Below, piece after piece: positions 14,155 to 28,128 of a DNA stretch of 64,000 nt. Made by a program: the position numbers and the translations under genes. Each line of letters opens with the position of its first letter. Positions within the stretch are counted from its first letter, which is position 1. The stretch covers positions 3,334,084 to 3,398,083 of the forward strand of contig MU056050.1 in NCBI GenBank assembly GCA_013239625.1. Reading direction: 5' to 3'. Under the pieces are notes generated by a model. The model searched no databases and was not told the origin of the DNA. It saw only the letters and a program-made list of their open reading frames with translations. Source of the stretch: Lama guanicoe. Lineage: Eukaryota.

Positions 14155-14860
14155 GTGATAAGTACTATGAAGGAAAAAAAGCAGAAAAGGAATGTTTTGG
14201 GGGAGGATTTTAATTTCCAACAGCATGGTCAGGAAATGACCCACTGAGGTGACATTTGAGTAAGGACTTGCACCCGGTAAGAGACCAAATCCGATATTAC
14301 CAAGGAAAGAACATTCCAGACAGATGGAATAGCAATTGCAAAGCCCATGGGGCAGAAGTATGGCTGTACTAGAACCATCATAGAGACCAATGTCATTTTA
14401 GCAGGACTAACAAAGAAGTTAATAGTAAATAGGTCACAAATGTAAAGGGAGAACACAGTATGTAGATCCTGTATTCTGAGTGAGATGAGGAGCCACTGCA
14501 GCTTCTGATTGGGGGTGGGCATCATCTGCCCTAGGTTTTAAAAGTATCGTTCTGGCCATTATATTGAGAGTAAATGTAGGGGTGCTGGAGCAGAAGCAGG
14601 GAGACAGCTTAGAAGACTACTGCAAGAATCAGTATGAGAAATGATATTGGCTTAGACTAGGTAGTAACAGAGGAAGTGGTAAAAATTAGTCAGATTCTGA
14701 AGATATCCTGAAGGTAGAGATGGCAAGGTTGCTGATAAAATACATGCAGTTGATGACCACACCCAGGTTTCTGATCAGAGGACCTGGAAAGAAGAGTTGA
14801 CACAATTCGAGATGGAGACTCAGGTTTTGGAGGGAGGGTCAGGGGTTTGGTTTTGAATAC

Positions 14861-15398
14861 TGTCTCAGTCACATTTCCCAAAAAGCAGAACCGGAGACAA
14901 GAGACTGTGCTTCAGGGAGTAAACTTTGGGAAATGATCCCCAAACAGGAGTGGAGGACAGTAAAAGTGAAGTAGAAAAGTAAGGAAAGTCAATCCAAGGG
15001 TGAGTTTTTGAGCTGGTCACAACTATGGGTAACTGAAGCTTCATCTTACTGGGGACCCTCTGAGGAACTTATAAAATGCCTGGAAGATTGTCTGCTTGAA
15101 ATTTGAAGAGGGAGGCATTCATGACTGTCTTTCTGTCTCTTGTAGGTCAGGAATTATCCCCTGGGGCATTGACTCTCTCACACTTCCAGGTTACACGTGC
15201 CTCGGAATGACTGAGTGGGCTGCTACAGGCATTCCACACAAAGGGGGCAGAAAAGGCAGGAAATGAGCAGTATCTGGTGCAGCTGAGAGGAGGTGTTGTT
15301 CGTGTCCTTGTGCACACAGCTGGCAGCAGCAGCAACAGCTGGAATAGAAAAGGTGGGATGAGAGAATGTGCGGTAGAGAACAAGAGGTGTCTGGTACA
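14861..15398 (-). mobile_element. ERVL solo LTR (LTR16-like) nested in L2
   Basis: TG...CA ends. The start tgtctcagtcacatttcccaaaaagcagaaccggagacaag resembles an antisense LTR16 end. L2 sequence resumes on both sides. Confidence 0.65.
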
Positions 15399-16399
15399 GA
15401 TGTTAAGTTTGAAATACTTAGCAGTCACTCAAGTGGAGATGAAAAATACCCAGCTGGAGATACGAATTTGAATTTGAGGGGAAAGGCTCAAGCTGGAGCT
15501 GTGGATTTTTTTTCAGCATATAAATGGTATTAACTTCATAAGACAGGATGACCAAGGGAATAAGTGTATCAAAGATAAGAGAAGTCCTCAGGCCAGGTCC
15601 TCAGGCCCTCTAATGTTTCATGGTTGGGAAGACTGAGGAAGATCCAACAAGGAATCATAGGATGAATCAGAAGAATATATCCTGAAAGTCAAGTAAAGAG
15701 GGAGGCGTGATTGATGGTGTCAAATGCTGCTAAAAGGCCAAAATGAGAACTAAGAACTGACCATTAAATTTAGCAACGTGGAGGCCTTGGTGATCTGGAA
15801 AGAGCATTTGCTAGGGCTGTCAGGGCACCCTAAGGCTTAGACATTAGATAAATTGTGAACCTAAATGTTGGATTTCATGTAGATAGTAGAAAATGAAATG
15901 ATACAACATTCAGACACTCAAAAACACCTGCCAGTAGTCTGAAGATTGACAGATCACTTTAATGAGGTAGAAGGAAGGAGAAAACTAAAGTCAGATGGTA
16001 TGAATTTCAAAAGAAGAAAGGCTATTAAACTGAAAGTCTGGAATAAATTGGTTATCAATGAGTAAATTACCTCTGGCTCAGTTGATTCAGGTAGTTAGTG
16101 TATAATGTTGGGAAGAATAAAGTCAAGAAGTTGGTCTTCATCCTACATACCTATTCTGACAAAGAAAAGAACACTGCCCCGTGGACATGGCATACAGTTC
16201 AGTCTTGCACGGGCATATTGGCCTGGTGCTAATCACAGTGGATTCCTGACATTAAAGAGCAGAAGGCTCAGGGTGTTTCCCTATATTTAGGAAAACTACA
16301 CAAATATTTCTAACGGAAATAAGGAGCATCATCTTCCGCTATAGACCTATTTGAACGTCAACTACTATATCTGATGAATGGCATTTTATATATACAGTA

Positions 16400-16600
16400 C
16401 ATTGATTAAGAACATGACTTTAGTAGCCAGCAGATACACATTCAAGTCACAACTGGACCATATTGGGAAAGTTAACCTCTCTCTCAATTTTCTCACCTGT
16501 AAGTTGGGATAGTAAGTGTGTCTAAATGTCACAGGGTTGTTTTAAAGGTTAAACAACAGCATACTTAGCACAGTGCCTGACATATAATAAATATTAATTC
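16400..16600 (+). mobile_element. MIR
   Basis: MIR core ctcaattttctcacctgtaagttgggata...cttagcacagtgcctgacatata. Confidence 0.8.
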
Positions 16601-18079
16601 TTGATATTCTTGAAAATATAAAATATGAGAATTTATTTGCTGAAATATAATTGTTTACAAGGTCCCACCCTGCTATCTTTGTTACCAGAAGTATTTTTCT
16701 GCAACGGCTTTCAACTTTATTTTAAACTTGGGAACTCACCAGAGACTGATTTTTGTTTTGTTTCAGCTTTTCAGAAGTCACCTATGAAGTTAAGCCTCTT
16801 ATGTGGATTAAGTCAATGGCAATATTGATTTGGGCTTTTTATGAGCTACCAATTCTAGTTATCATAACCTTTCAAGGAAGGAAAAAAAAATCCCCTAGAA
16901 GATTAGAAACTCTCCTATTCTCACTTTGAGTAGACTAAATTGTAAAATAATCCAGTGGATGCTTAGTTTGGAAGGAAGGCCCTCAGGATAATAAACTAAA
17001 GAGTAATATTTCGATTTATTCAAACTCAACATCAGTAGACTGTGTCTCCTATATTCTACAAATGAAGGGAAGTGTTCAGATTAATTTGTTCAGTTTAACA
17101 GTTCCTGAGAATTTCCAAAATAGCAGATCCATTAGTATGTACAGAGTTCTGAATAAATATGAGTGTGCAATGATAGTAAGTGAAATTAGATTGGATCATA
17201 AAACCTTTCAAATGGGTTTGTGGCATGAAGGCAATAGAAGGTGATAAAGAATCCAACAGGGTAAGACTCATCTGCTATTGAAGGGTCACTAAAAGCCTCA
17301 TCCTTGAGGTCACTGCCATCAGCAAGTATTAGAGGGAGTACATGTTCTAATGCTGAACTACTTTGGATAGAGTTTTTAGAGACTTACGCTGTAACAAAAG
17401 CCATGTCGCATTTGGCAGATTATAGCAGAGTAAGACTCCTCTAATCCAACTGGTTAATGTGCATGACTACAATATTGAAAATGATGGATGTTACAAATTT
17501 GGTTTTCATCAATACTCACTCAGGATTCAAAATTTTTATTATCTAGTGTTAACCACGTCATATTTAGCAGAGACATTCTCAAGAAGATTTGAACTGAAAA
17601 CCATTCTCTTGTGTTTTGCAGCAGTTTAACTAGCAGTCTTGCAACTATCGTCACTACGACAGGGCCATGCTTGTTTCCACTATTGCTCATCCATACAGTT
17701 AAGCTACAGAGCCAGTGCGTGGGAATTCATAATCCTCGATGAAACCAGACTTGCTGGTGTGGACATAGTATGTGCCCTTATTCCTATGCATAAAGTTCCA
17801 CTGCATTCATTTTCATGTTATTTCCAGTGACACAATTTCCTAGATCCTAAGAATGGGCAGGAAATCACTCTCTGAAAATGGCTGTAATTGGCATTCTGTG
17901 AGTTGAAGGCACCTGTGAAAAAGATTTGACAATTGGGAATAATATTTGTGTCCCGGCAGCTTTCAGAATGATTTATGTACACAATCTCAGTTGATCCTCT
18001 GTACCACAGTAAGCAAATATTATCTTCACTTTACATAAGAGGAAACAAAACCTAGTAAAAGTTATCTTATTAAAATAAA

Positions 18080-18360
18080 AAATATTTCTTTGAGAACTTA
18101 CCTATGTAGCAAAGTTTGTAAGAGTAAAAAAGACAAGAGTCCCTGCCCTCAAGAAGTTTACACTTTAGTTGGAGAAACAAACAATAGTCAATTACAATTA
18201 AGAGGCCCTGTGCTTTGCTTGGAGTATGTCCAGGGTGCCATATGAGCATGTAGGAGGGGCATTCAGGGGAGACTACACAGGACCAAGGAAAGCTTTCCAG
18301 AGCAGGGAGCGTCTAGATGGAGACTTGAAGGCTAAGAAGGATCTAGCCAGGTGACGAGAC
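18080..18360 (-). mobile_element. L2 3' end
   Basis: gtccctgccctcaagaagtttacactttagttggaga. Confidence 0.7.
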
Positions 18361-19384
18361 GGAAGAACAGGTTTATAACAACAATTTAGCCACAAATGAA
18401 AGCTGGTACAAGTGAACCTAGGGCTAAACCAACATTTGGAATCAATGGGAAGAATTTCATCAGTTCCAAAAACATTAAAGAAATAGGGACCATGCCTGTA
18501 AGGTTGGTAAAGTGGTATAGCTAGATGGCATGCACCACAGAGGATCAGGGTTTTTGTTTTATTTAGGTGTGTTGGTTTTGAACATAATGGTTTCAATGTT
18601 GCAGTGGGGCCTGAGATTTGTGGGGTGTGGGGTAGTATCGAGGACCTCCAAGAGAGTGGCTGGTGCAGAAACAGTGGCCTTAGAGGGGAGTCATGTCTGA
18701 GGCAGGTAAGAAGGTATGAGGAACCAGCTGAGAGGGTTTCAGGGGAAGGGGAGCTCAAGGCTTCATTCATTCAATTCACCTCATTTATTCTTTCAGGAAA
18801 TATTTACTAAGGGCTGATTCTGTGATGACACTGTGCTAGACTATAAAATAAGAGCAATTTGAAATCAAATCGCTGTTAGCTCAGTATTCTTTCTCTTATA
18901 GCACCCTGAATAATTCATCAACAAACACATCAAAACCAAGATATTCAACTTTTTAATTCAATTTATAAATATTTGTTCAATGCCTGGCTCACTATGCGCA
19001 AAATACTGCACTATACAAAAATGTCCAGTTACCATTATGATGTCTGGTTTTACTCTATGGTCCAAGGACAGGACAAGGGGGAAGGGGCTTAAAGTTCTAC
19101 CTGTGGAATTCTGTTAAATATGTCAGCAGTAAATACTGTGAAACACTAGAAAGTGGTAGAAATTTCTTGAAGCCTTTAAAATCAATAATCAACAAACACT
19201 TATCAAATGCTACCTCTGGAAAACAATGATTACTCAGTTGAACTCTAGTGAGATTTAAGGGTATATAGGATGAAAAATGAGAATTACTATGCTAACATAG
19301 GGAGGCAAAAATCAACACACCACACTATCACCAAAGCTTGGTAATACAACTGGAATAGAATTAAATTTCATGTAATTTGTAGAT

Positions 19385-19452
19385 CGGTAGGTTTAGTGTG
19401 GTCCTGCCTGAAGGCATGGTCTCTGAAGGTCCTCGACAGCCTTGTGATTCAA
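19385..19452 (+). mobile_element. CR1/L3-like 3' end
   Basis: tagtgtggtcctgcctgaaggca...ctgaaggtcctcgacagccttgtgattc. Confidence 0.45.
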
Positions 19453-20909
19453 TTTTAAGTGCTTTGGTTTAGAACCTGAGTAATAAAAACTGCTTAATTG
19501 TGTTCCTTTTACAGCTTCTATTTTTTAAGCATTATTTTAGCAAAAGTTCAAGTGTTTTACCAAGAGAATGATTAATGAGAATTTGTTTAGTTTGTTGAAA
19601 AGGTAACTTTCTGATGGCACTCTTGCTGAATATGGACGTCATGGATGATTACAAATCCCAGGACAACACCCTTTAAGTGCTCTTACGAAGGCAGAGTTCT
19701 AACACAACCTCCAAACTTTATACTGAAATGTAAATTTCAATCCCACAATACTTAAATACATGCAAATAAGAATTGCAAATATACATTTAGATCATCTTAT
19801 TAGTACACTGTAATCACAATTAAAAGTCTAAATAATTGGGAGCCTCATTTAGTTGGAATTATCTCCCTCTCCGCTCACCACTGGCAGTTGCCATCAATAA
19901 CAGTAAGATAAATATCAATATTACAAAGCCACTTCCGAGATTTCAGGTTTTATATTTCTACATTGAGGCCATTCTTCATTGGCTTCTATTATCTCTAGTC
20001 CAGTACAATAAAACCGGAAGTAACTGATCAGAATAACACCCTCCTACGTACACATAAAGTTACTTAAGCCAATTCTATACCCAAATCAAACTCTACAAAC
20101 TAAGGCATGGAAAAAAAGGGGCATGCATTTTAGAAAGCCTTCTGTCAATGAATTTTAAGCTGTTGTTAACTGCAAAAGGTTTTGAACTTACACTCAATTG
20201 CATAATCATTTTATCTTGTTATTTATGGTATGGCAAAGACTACAAACCATTCAGACAAAGCATCATACACTAAAACTATCAAATACTCTTTTATGAAAAG
20301 TAAAAAAAGATACATAGCAATCAAGGTGGCCAATATTCAAATTTGAGCCTCTTATAAATTTAATTTACCAGAAGAAAATGCTAAGTGCAATACATTTAAC
20401 AAATTCATTTGTTCAATAAACATTCATTGAACACTTATTATATGCCAAATACTGTTCTAGGCTTTAATGTTAATTTCAAAAGCCTGGTGGCATAAAGACG
20501 GCACAGCCAGCCCAACTGTATTTTTAAGTTGAATAGATCAGATATGTTTCATGGGCCATTGACCAGATATACTGGTCCTGCCAATCACAATGTGGATTGG
20601 AAAGAACATGCTGACTGGTGGCCTGGGCTGTATGTTACAGTTAGGATGTATCAGAAATCAGCTTTATTGCTATCTATGCTAGAGGTAGTCTGAGCATATC
20701 CAGGGCTTAGAGCATTTAAGGTGGGAAGCTACAGGAGAAACAGGAGGCATCAAGTGTCCATGTATGAATTTTAGATGCTGCTCCATATAGCTTCTCTTCT
20801 GTTTTGTCTCTCCATTATTAGATATAAGTATGTCTTAAGAAAAGGCAATCAATAGGAAAAAAATTAGAGAGCAATTCCAATCAATTTTTAGATCCACCTC
20901 ACTTCTTTA

Positions 20910-20975
20910 AATTATATATATAATATATAAATATAAAATTATAAAATGTAAGTTATATATTATATATATATAATG
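20910..20975. repeat. AT-rich / (TA)n
   Basis: Seen directly. Confidence 0.8.
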
Positions 20976-21331
20976 ATGGTGATCAGAAAAATGACATAAA
21001 TACATGTATGTATACATAGAAAACATACAATAAAATTCTGCATTTCCTGTGATTCATTTTTCAAAACCACGGATTACTTTTTTTACAATTAGTGAAGGTG
21101 GTTTTGGACCATATTTATTGATTAATTTGAGACATGTTAGCATTCAGCCTAGTTGTATGTCAATGTGATCATTTTTTAAGTGTTCTTGAAACTCTGGACT
21201 TGAACCGTTAATGAGGAGACATAATTGGACTTAAGTAGCAAAGCCTTGTAAATGTCTTAGTTGAAGACAGAGAAATGAATCTTACCTCAAACCTTTAAAT
21301 TCTATGAAAGGTTTGGGCATGTCCTTGTCAA

Positions 21332-21363
21332 TTTCTTTCTTTCTTTCTTTCTTTCTTTCTTTT
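21332..21363. repeat. (TTTC)n
   Basis: Seen directly. Confidence 0.9.
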
Positions 21364-23547
21364 TGCCTTTGAACTCATTTCTAACTTCTTTCTTACATGA
21401 CATAAAAGACACAGAGTCATTTGCTCAAATAGTTAAACGCTCAAGAGTAATAAAATTAAATACTGCACGTGTTACAGGAATGATTGGCACCCAAGTAGTA
21501 CTGCATATGGTTCAGTTTATACTGACAGGACAGCAGAATCCTTAGCTTTTAGTATAAAGGCTTCAAATGAGAATATTTCCAAGGTTCCAAAGGATTCAAG
21601 ATTTATCTTCTATCACCTCTAGACCCTTTCAGAATTATAATGAGAAAGAAAAGGGCTGAAAATAAATAGAACTTATTTGTATATGGAGCGAGTTCTGCAT
21701 CACAGATGACCAAAAAAGCAGAATAACAGTTTTCCGACAGGGCCATTTTCTGAGAGGACATGTTGGCATTCCTCACAATCATTCCTGTGCAGATACTTAA
21801 AATTGCTTTTGCTGGTCACATTATAGCTACATTTTGAAATGCCAATTATGAATCTTGCTTGAATCTTTGTAATAAAAGAGAATCAACATGTAACATGGAT
21901 ACAGTCTCAATCAGCTCAATGAACTAAAACCCTTCAAAATGCTGCAGTTTCCCTGTTATCTATTGAACCAAATCCATGCCCCTTCACTTCACTTTTTAGG
22001 TTTAGCAACTGCTTTCTTCTATATTTCCCCAGCCTCTCTTTTTCATCAATCTTCAAGTCTCTCTGCTTCAGCCATGTTATCTATTGTGTTTGTCATTCAA
22101 ATGATCTGACTTACCCTTGTCTGGCCTTTGTGTTAACCATGCAATAAATGGGCTCTAAAGAGTTAAAAGCAAAAGAACAAAGCTTTTTTCCCCCCAGTCT
22201 TTACAATCCCAGGGCTATATGTCCCCTTTGAGCCTTCCCGGTAGCTGAAGCAGTTCAAAAAGAGAAAGCAAATTATAGACCTAAAAATAGGACAGTGGCT
22301 TTGTTTCCCAGGGCATAGTCATCCCTGTGACACTTAGCTATGGAGCCAGTCTTTTCCTTCTGAAATTATGCAGATCCTCAAAGAAAAATACATGATTCCA
22401 TTGAGAAGAGTTCTTAAGAAGACAACACCAGAATTATTCTGAGACTCTGGTGTAGGTTTTAATCTAGATAGTGGAAGAAGCATTAAAGGGTTAAACACAG
22501 CATTAAGCAAAGCGGGCTGAGGGGTAGACAGTAGAAATGGATGAGAGTGCAGAGGCAAGAGACATTTTCAGACTGAGAGCAAAAGGCCATGGAGCCTCAG
22601 AAGCAGCAGGACTGACACACTGGGAAACTGACCTAGCTATTCCTAGCTATTAAGAATGTTCATCAACAAAAGAGATGGTCAAAGGTAAAACCTCACTAAT
22701 TCTAGTAACTGTCCACTGTTTTATAAAGATAAAGAATCTATATAGAGAATAATTTCCATGAAATTTAGTCCTTCTAGGTGAACCTTACCACTTGATAATG
22801 AATTGGTATCTAGGAAGTGACAAATTGTGACTGCCTGTGGCTACTAGCTACCTATATTTGTAGCTAAGTGAAGAGAAAAGGGAAGTTTTACAGAAATGAG
22901 GACTTTTGGTAGGATGCTTGAAGGTGCAACTTCTATATTGCATCACTGTAAAAATCCTTCCTCCATCTTCCATCTACCTGCCTCCCTTCCCTTCTCCAAA
23001 GCCTGGTTCCAAACCTACATGTACAATATATGTTTTTGCACACATCAATACAACCTGCAATCACCTGTATGTAGGGTATGTTGTATAAATATCTACATAA
23101 GAAAATATTATCTCCCTTGCTAGAAACAAAATGCAGGCCATCTATGGATTTAGCACTAGGTGGAAAACCTCCCAGTTGATGAAGAACACAGTAAATCAAG
23201 GTGACTCAATGCCAAAGGGAGATGAAATGCAGGGGCTGAGCCTTCCATCTCTAACAGCTTCTCCTTGTAGTTTCCCTTGTTATACTAAATCTTGGAAGAT
23301 CTAAGCTGCATTAAGTAAGGGAAGATGAAATTCCTTTAGCAGAGAATCTTAACTCATGGTCATGGATGCAGGACTTCCCATCTCAGAGGAAGTATTGAAC
23401 CTTCTCAAAGCCTTTCCTTCCACCTGAGATCCCGAAACAGTCTCCAGTAGAGCCTTGCTCTAGTCACTACACTCACTTGTTCTCACTCTTCAAATCCTTG
23501 TGATTTGGCGTCTTTCGCTAAGATTATCAAAACTATTTACTCTAAGG

Positions 23548-23719
23548 CAATGGATCCTCATCATGGATGCACACTGGAGTCCTCTGAGGAGATTTTTTTA
23601 ATGCCTGGGTCCAACCATTGAAAATTTTTATTTAATTGGTCTGAGGAGCAGTGGTTGGCACTGGGATTTGTAAAACTCCCCAGGTAATTTTAATATCCAA
23701 ACAAAGTGGAGAATCTCTG
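23548..23719. mobile_element. MER5A-like hAT-Charlie MITE
   Basis: Degenerate TIRs caatggatcctca / tggagaatctctg; 8-bp TSD ctctaagg / gtctaaag. Confidence 0.75.
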
Positions 23720-24104
23720 GTCTAAAGTCAGCAATGAGCTTCTAAACCGCCTGTTTTTATTGCCTTTTGTCCATTTTCATTCTGTTTGTTGGTTCTGAAG
23801 TGTTCGACTATTTAGTCACATATTCCCACTGGAAAGTCCCTTCCGTTAGCTTATGTGATACCCTTTCCATTTGATTCTTCGTTGTCATCTCAAGACCACC
23901 TCTTTTCTTCTCCCCACTACTTTAAATTCAGGTGTATTTGGCTCTCTTTATTTCTGACTGTACGTATTTTCACTGGATGATCTTTTCTACTCTCACTGCT
24001 TCAGGAACCATCTATATCTAGATGATTCCAAACACACACACACAATCACACGAGTGACACCATTGTCTTGAACTTGAGATCTGAATTTAGAGCTCTGTAT
24101 CTCT

Positions 24105-24342
24105 GCATACAGTTAGGGCTGTGGGCTCTAATGTCAGACTGCCTGGGTTCTAATCCCAGTCCTATTACTAACTACCTCTGTAATATTGGGCAAGTTATAC
24201 AGCATCTCTGTGCCTCACTTTACTCATCTGTAAAATGGGGATAATAATGATCCCAACCTCATAGCATATTGGGAAGTTTAAATAACATATTCCATCTAAT
24301 GTGCCTTACTCAGTGCCTGGTGCTTAATAAATGTTAGCTATT
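24105..24342 (+). mobile_element. MIR
   Basis: gtcagactgcctgggttctaatcccag...ctcatctgtaaaatggggataataat. Confidence 0.9.
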
Positions 24343-25374
24343 TCACTTATAATCATGATCATTCCTCAAGCAGAATACATGGTTCTAGCTTCTAGACTTA
24401 ACATATATCACTATCATAACATCAATTCTATTGCATCACCGTAGCTGGTTTATATCTGCCTACTTAACTGTACTCTGAATTCTTTGAAGGCAGGGATTGC
24501 CTCTTATTCATATATATATTCAGGTTTTAACACAGAACTTGGCACAGATAAGCAGACCATGCATAGGAAATAGGTTTCATCTTCTTGCCAACTCCAAATG
24601 ATTGACAATGCTTGCATGGAACGCTGCATTGATAAGGATGTGAGGCTGCATTGGGCTCCACAAGAAAGAGCACCACAATTTGATTAGGGATGTCTGCCAT
24701 GGGACAGGTAGAGGGAGCAGTGGCACAGATGCCATAGATATTCCATCCCAGTCTTAGATGCTATAGAAATAAATGTTTATTGATTAAGTTTTCATGAACA
24801 AATGATACTGGCTGAAAGATATGAGCCAATTGGAGTTGTTGCTAAATAACTTTGATTTCCCTTATAGTTTAAGTTTTTGGGCAGCCATAGATTTTTATGC
24901 TAGAAACTTGTGACAGCTAGAACCATAACATGCTCATAGGAGAAAATTCATCACAGGTAATCAAAAGCTGTTAAAGTTTTCATTTTATAGGCCTTGCTAC
25001 ATTATATTATACCTACCATCTGTGATATTTACCACATAAATACAGATCCTGAGAGCAAGACTTCTTTCAAAATTTTTGTAGGAGGTGTTGTCCAAACTGT
25101 TTAGATATAAGCAAGCAATAGTTTATACTACTGCTAAGTGCTTGAAATAAGAATCAAGAAATATACTTTTCAAATCTGGGTTTCTGTCTACACCTTAAAC
25201 CCACAAGTGGGAACGCTGCTTGAGCAGCTTCTGCTGTGGGATGAAGGGGCTTAGTAGCCCAGGGCAATGAAGAGGAAAATAATACTCACTTGTGCCCATT
25301 TATTTCAAGATGAACTTCACCCACCTAACTAAGTAACTGGAGCAGCTGACACTAAATGAATGTTTGATGCAAAA

Positions 25375-25492
25375 ATGAGTAAATGAAAAAAATGGACGGA
25401 CGGATGGATGAATGGATAGGTGGATAGATGGACGGACAGACGGGTGGTTGGATGGATAGATGGATGAATGAATGGATAGATGAATGACAGAT
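25375..25492. repeat. Compound (GGAT/GGAC/GAAT)n tetranucleotide repeat
   Basis: Seen directly. Confidence 0.9.
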
Positions 25493-25543
25493 AAACTTTG
25501 CTTCCACATAATCTTGGAAATTACAGATTGGTAGTTTTAATTT

Positions 25544-25562
25544 TTTCCACCAGATGGCGATA
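25544..25562 (+). promoter_or_regulatory. Candidate CTCF binding site
   Basis: tttCCACCAGATGGCGata matches the CTCF core CCACCAG(A/G)(T/G)GGCG. Confidence 0.5.
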
Positions 25563-26208
25563 ATGTGAGAGTTAGGTTTAGGTTGTAATACAGAAAGAGG
25601 AAAACAACCAAACAAACAAAAACCATATTAGGAAAAAGAGAAGTCACAAAAGAACAGGTTAAGAAGGGAGAAATGAAATGTTTGTGTCAGCTGCAATATC
25701 TCAGGAGTCTATGATCTTGTGGGACTTGTAACAGGTCCTCCCCATACCTTTTTTCTATGCATGGGTGACTTTTCATTCATAATTATTTTTGGTAAAATGG
25801 CTATATTCAAAACCAATCTACCTATTATAAAAATTATAGGGCAATTCTCATGACTGAAATTATTATCCTTGGTTATATATATGCATATATTTATGTTTTC
25901 CTTTGTCTTATACTAATTTCTTAGTTAATTGATGCCTCCCTTGGAAGTGAGGCTGCTTGAGAACAATTGCTAGCCTGTGTGCCTCCAGGAAATGTATCCC
26001 TGCTATTAGACCTGCCAAAAATCATATAAAATTAGTTTGCCTAAGGCTCATTCATCCTATTAGTAAAGAATTGTGAATAATATTAGATTAGTGTCTATCC
26101 CTTAATTCAAAAGCTCTTAGAAAATTCGAAAACCAGTTTTAAAATCCAGCACTCTTATGTACATGGTGGGTGGGAGTGCTGCTTTCTTGGCAAATAAAGA
26201 TAACTATA

Positions 26209-26596
26209 TGTCGGAAGTCTGGGAGAGTTATTCCTCCGGCCTCTTTCTTTCTCTTCAGTAATGCTCTGGCAATTCTAGGTTTTTGTGGTCGCATATAAAT
26301 TTTATTATGATTTGTTCTAGTTCTGTGAAATATGTCCTGGGTAATCGGATAGGGATTGCATTAAATCTGTAGATTGCCTTGGGCAGTGTGACCATTTTAA
26401 CAATATTGATTCTTCCAATCCAATAACATGGGATATCTTTCCATTTTTTTAAATCTTCTTTAATTTCCTTCATCAGTGGTTTATAGTTTTCCATGTATAA
26501 GTCTTTCACCTCCTTGGTTAGATTTATTCCTAGGTATTTTATTACTTTGGGTGCCATTTTAAAGCGGATTGTTTCTTTACTTTCTTTTTCTGTTGA
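26209..26596 (-). mobile_element. L1 ORF2 (RT C-terminal part): inverted 5' segment of a twin-primed L1 insertion
   Basis: The minus-strand ORF contains [16 protein letters not shown]...[34 protein letters not shown]. It is contiguous in L1 coordinates with the plus-strand piece starting at 26601. Confidence 0.93.
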
Positions 26597-26600
26597 ATAA

Positions 26601-28128
26601 ACTTCAGACAATACTATAGAGCTATAGTCATCAAGACAGCATGGTAGTGGTACAAAAACAGACATATGGACCAGTGGAATAGAATAGAGAGCCCAGAAAT
26701 GAACCCACAAACTTTTGGTCAACAGATCTTTGACAAAGGAGGCAAGAATATACAATGGAATAAAGACAGTCTCTTCAGCAAATAGTGTTGGGAAAACTGG
26801 ACAGCAGCATGTAAATCAATGAAGCTAGAACACTCCCTTACATCATACACAAAAATAAACTCAAAATGGATCAAAGACTTAAACATAAGACAAGATACAA
26901 TAAACCTCCTAGAAGAAAATATAGGCAAAACATTATCTGACATACATCTCAAAAATGTCCCCCTAGGGCAGTCTACCCAAGCAACAGAAATAAAAGCAAG
27001 AACAAACAAATGGGACCTAATGAAACTTACAAGCTTCTGTACAGCAAAGGATACCATAAGCAAAACAAAAAGACAACCTATGGAATGGGAGAAAATTTTT
27101 GCAAATGATGAAATCAACAAAGGCTTGATCTCCAGAATATATAAGCAGCTCATATGACATAATAAGAAAAAACCAAACAACCCAATCCAAAAATGGGCAG
27201 AAGACCTAAACAAGCAATTCTCCAAGGAAGACATACAAATGATCAATAGGTGCATGAAAAAATGCTCAATATCACTAATTATCAGAGAAAGCAAATCAAA
27301 ACTATGATGAGGTATCACCTCACACCAGTCAGAATTGCCATCATTCAAAAGTCCACAAATGTCAAATGCTGGACAGGCTGTGGAGAAAAGGGAACCCTCC
27401 TACACTGCTGGTGGGAATGCAGTTTAGTGCAGCCACTATGGAAAACAGTATGGAGATTCCTCAAAAGACTAGGAATAGACTTACCATATGACCCAAGTCA
27501 TCCCATTCCTGGGCATATATCCAGAAGGACCCCTACTTCATAAAGACACCTGCACCCCAATGTTCATAGCAGCACTATTTACAATAGCCAGGACATAGAA
27601 GCAGCCTAAATGTCCATCAACAGATGACTGGATAAAGAAGATGTGGTATATTTATGCAACGGAATACTATTCAGCCATAAAAGACAACATAACACCATTT
27701 GCAGCAACATGGATGGCCCTGGAGAACGTCATTCTAAGTGAAGTAAGCCAGAAAGAGAAAGAAAAATACCATATGAGATCGCTCATATGTGGAATCTAAG
27801 GGGAAAAAAATAACATAAATACAAAACAGAAACAGACTTATAGACATAGAATACAAACTTGTGATTGCCAAGGGGGAGGTGGGAAGGGACAGACTGGGAT
27901 TTCAAAATTTGAAGATACTGACAGGCATATGCAGAATAGATAAACAAGATAAGCACAGGGAATACAAGACCTTGTGGTAGCTCACAGTGAAAAAAAATGT
28001 GACAATGAATATATGTATGTTCATGTATAACTGAAAAATTGTGCTCTACATTGGAATTTGACACAATATTGTAAAATGAGCATAACACAATAAAAAAAGT
28101 TTAAAAAAATTTAAAAATTAAAAAAAAA
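26601..28128 (+). mobile_element. L1 3' part (ORF2 C-terminus, 3'-UTR, A-rich tail), young lineage-specific family, inactive
   Basis: ORF fragments [15 protein letters not shown] and [15 protein letters not shown]...[18 protein letters not shown] (Cys-rich domain). AATAAA and an A-rich tail at 28089-28128. Contains stops and frameshifts. Confidence 0.96.

Larger units (their letters stand above)
13765..15810 (-). mobile_element. L2 (about 2 kb including three nested insertions)
   Basis: Antisense L2 3' end (caataaatatttattagatgcctaatatgttccaggcactgttctaag) continuing to gaactgaccattaaatttagcaacgtggagg. Confidence 0.88.

Noticed and set aside
18273..18770. 165-aa minus-strand ORF
   Set aside because: Overlaps L2-derived sequence and shows no recognisable domain.
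26719..27348. 209-aa minus-strand ORF (longest in the window)
   Set aside because: Antisense of L1 ORF2, a common artefact.
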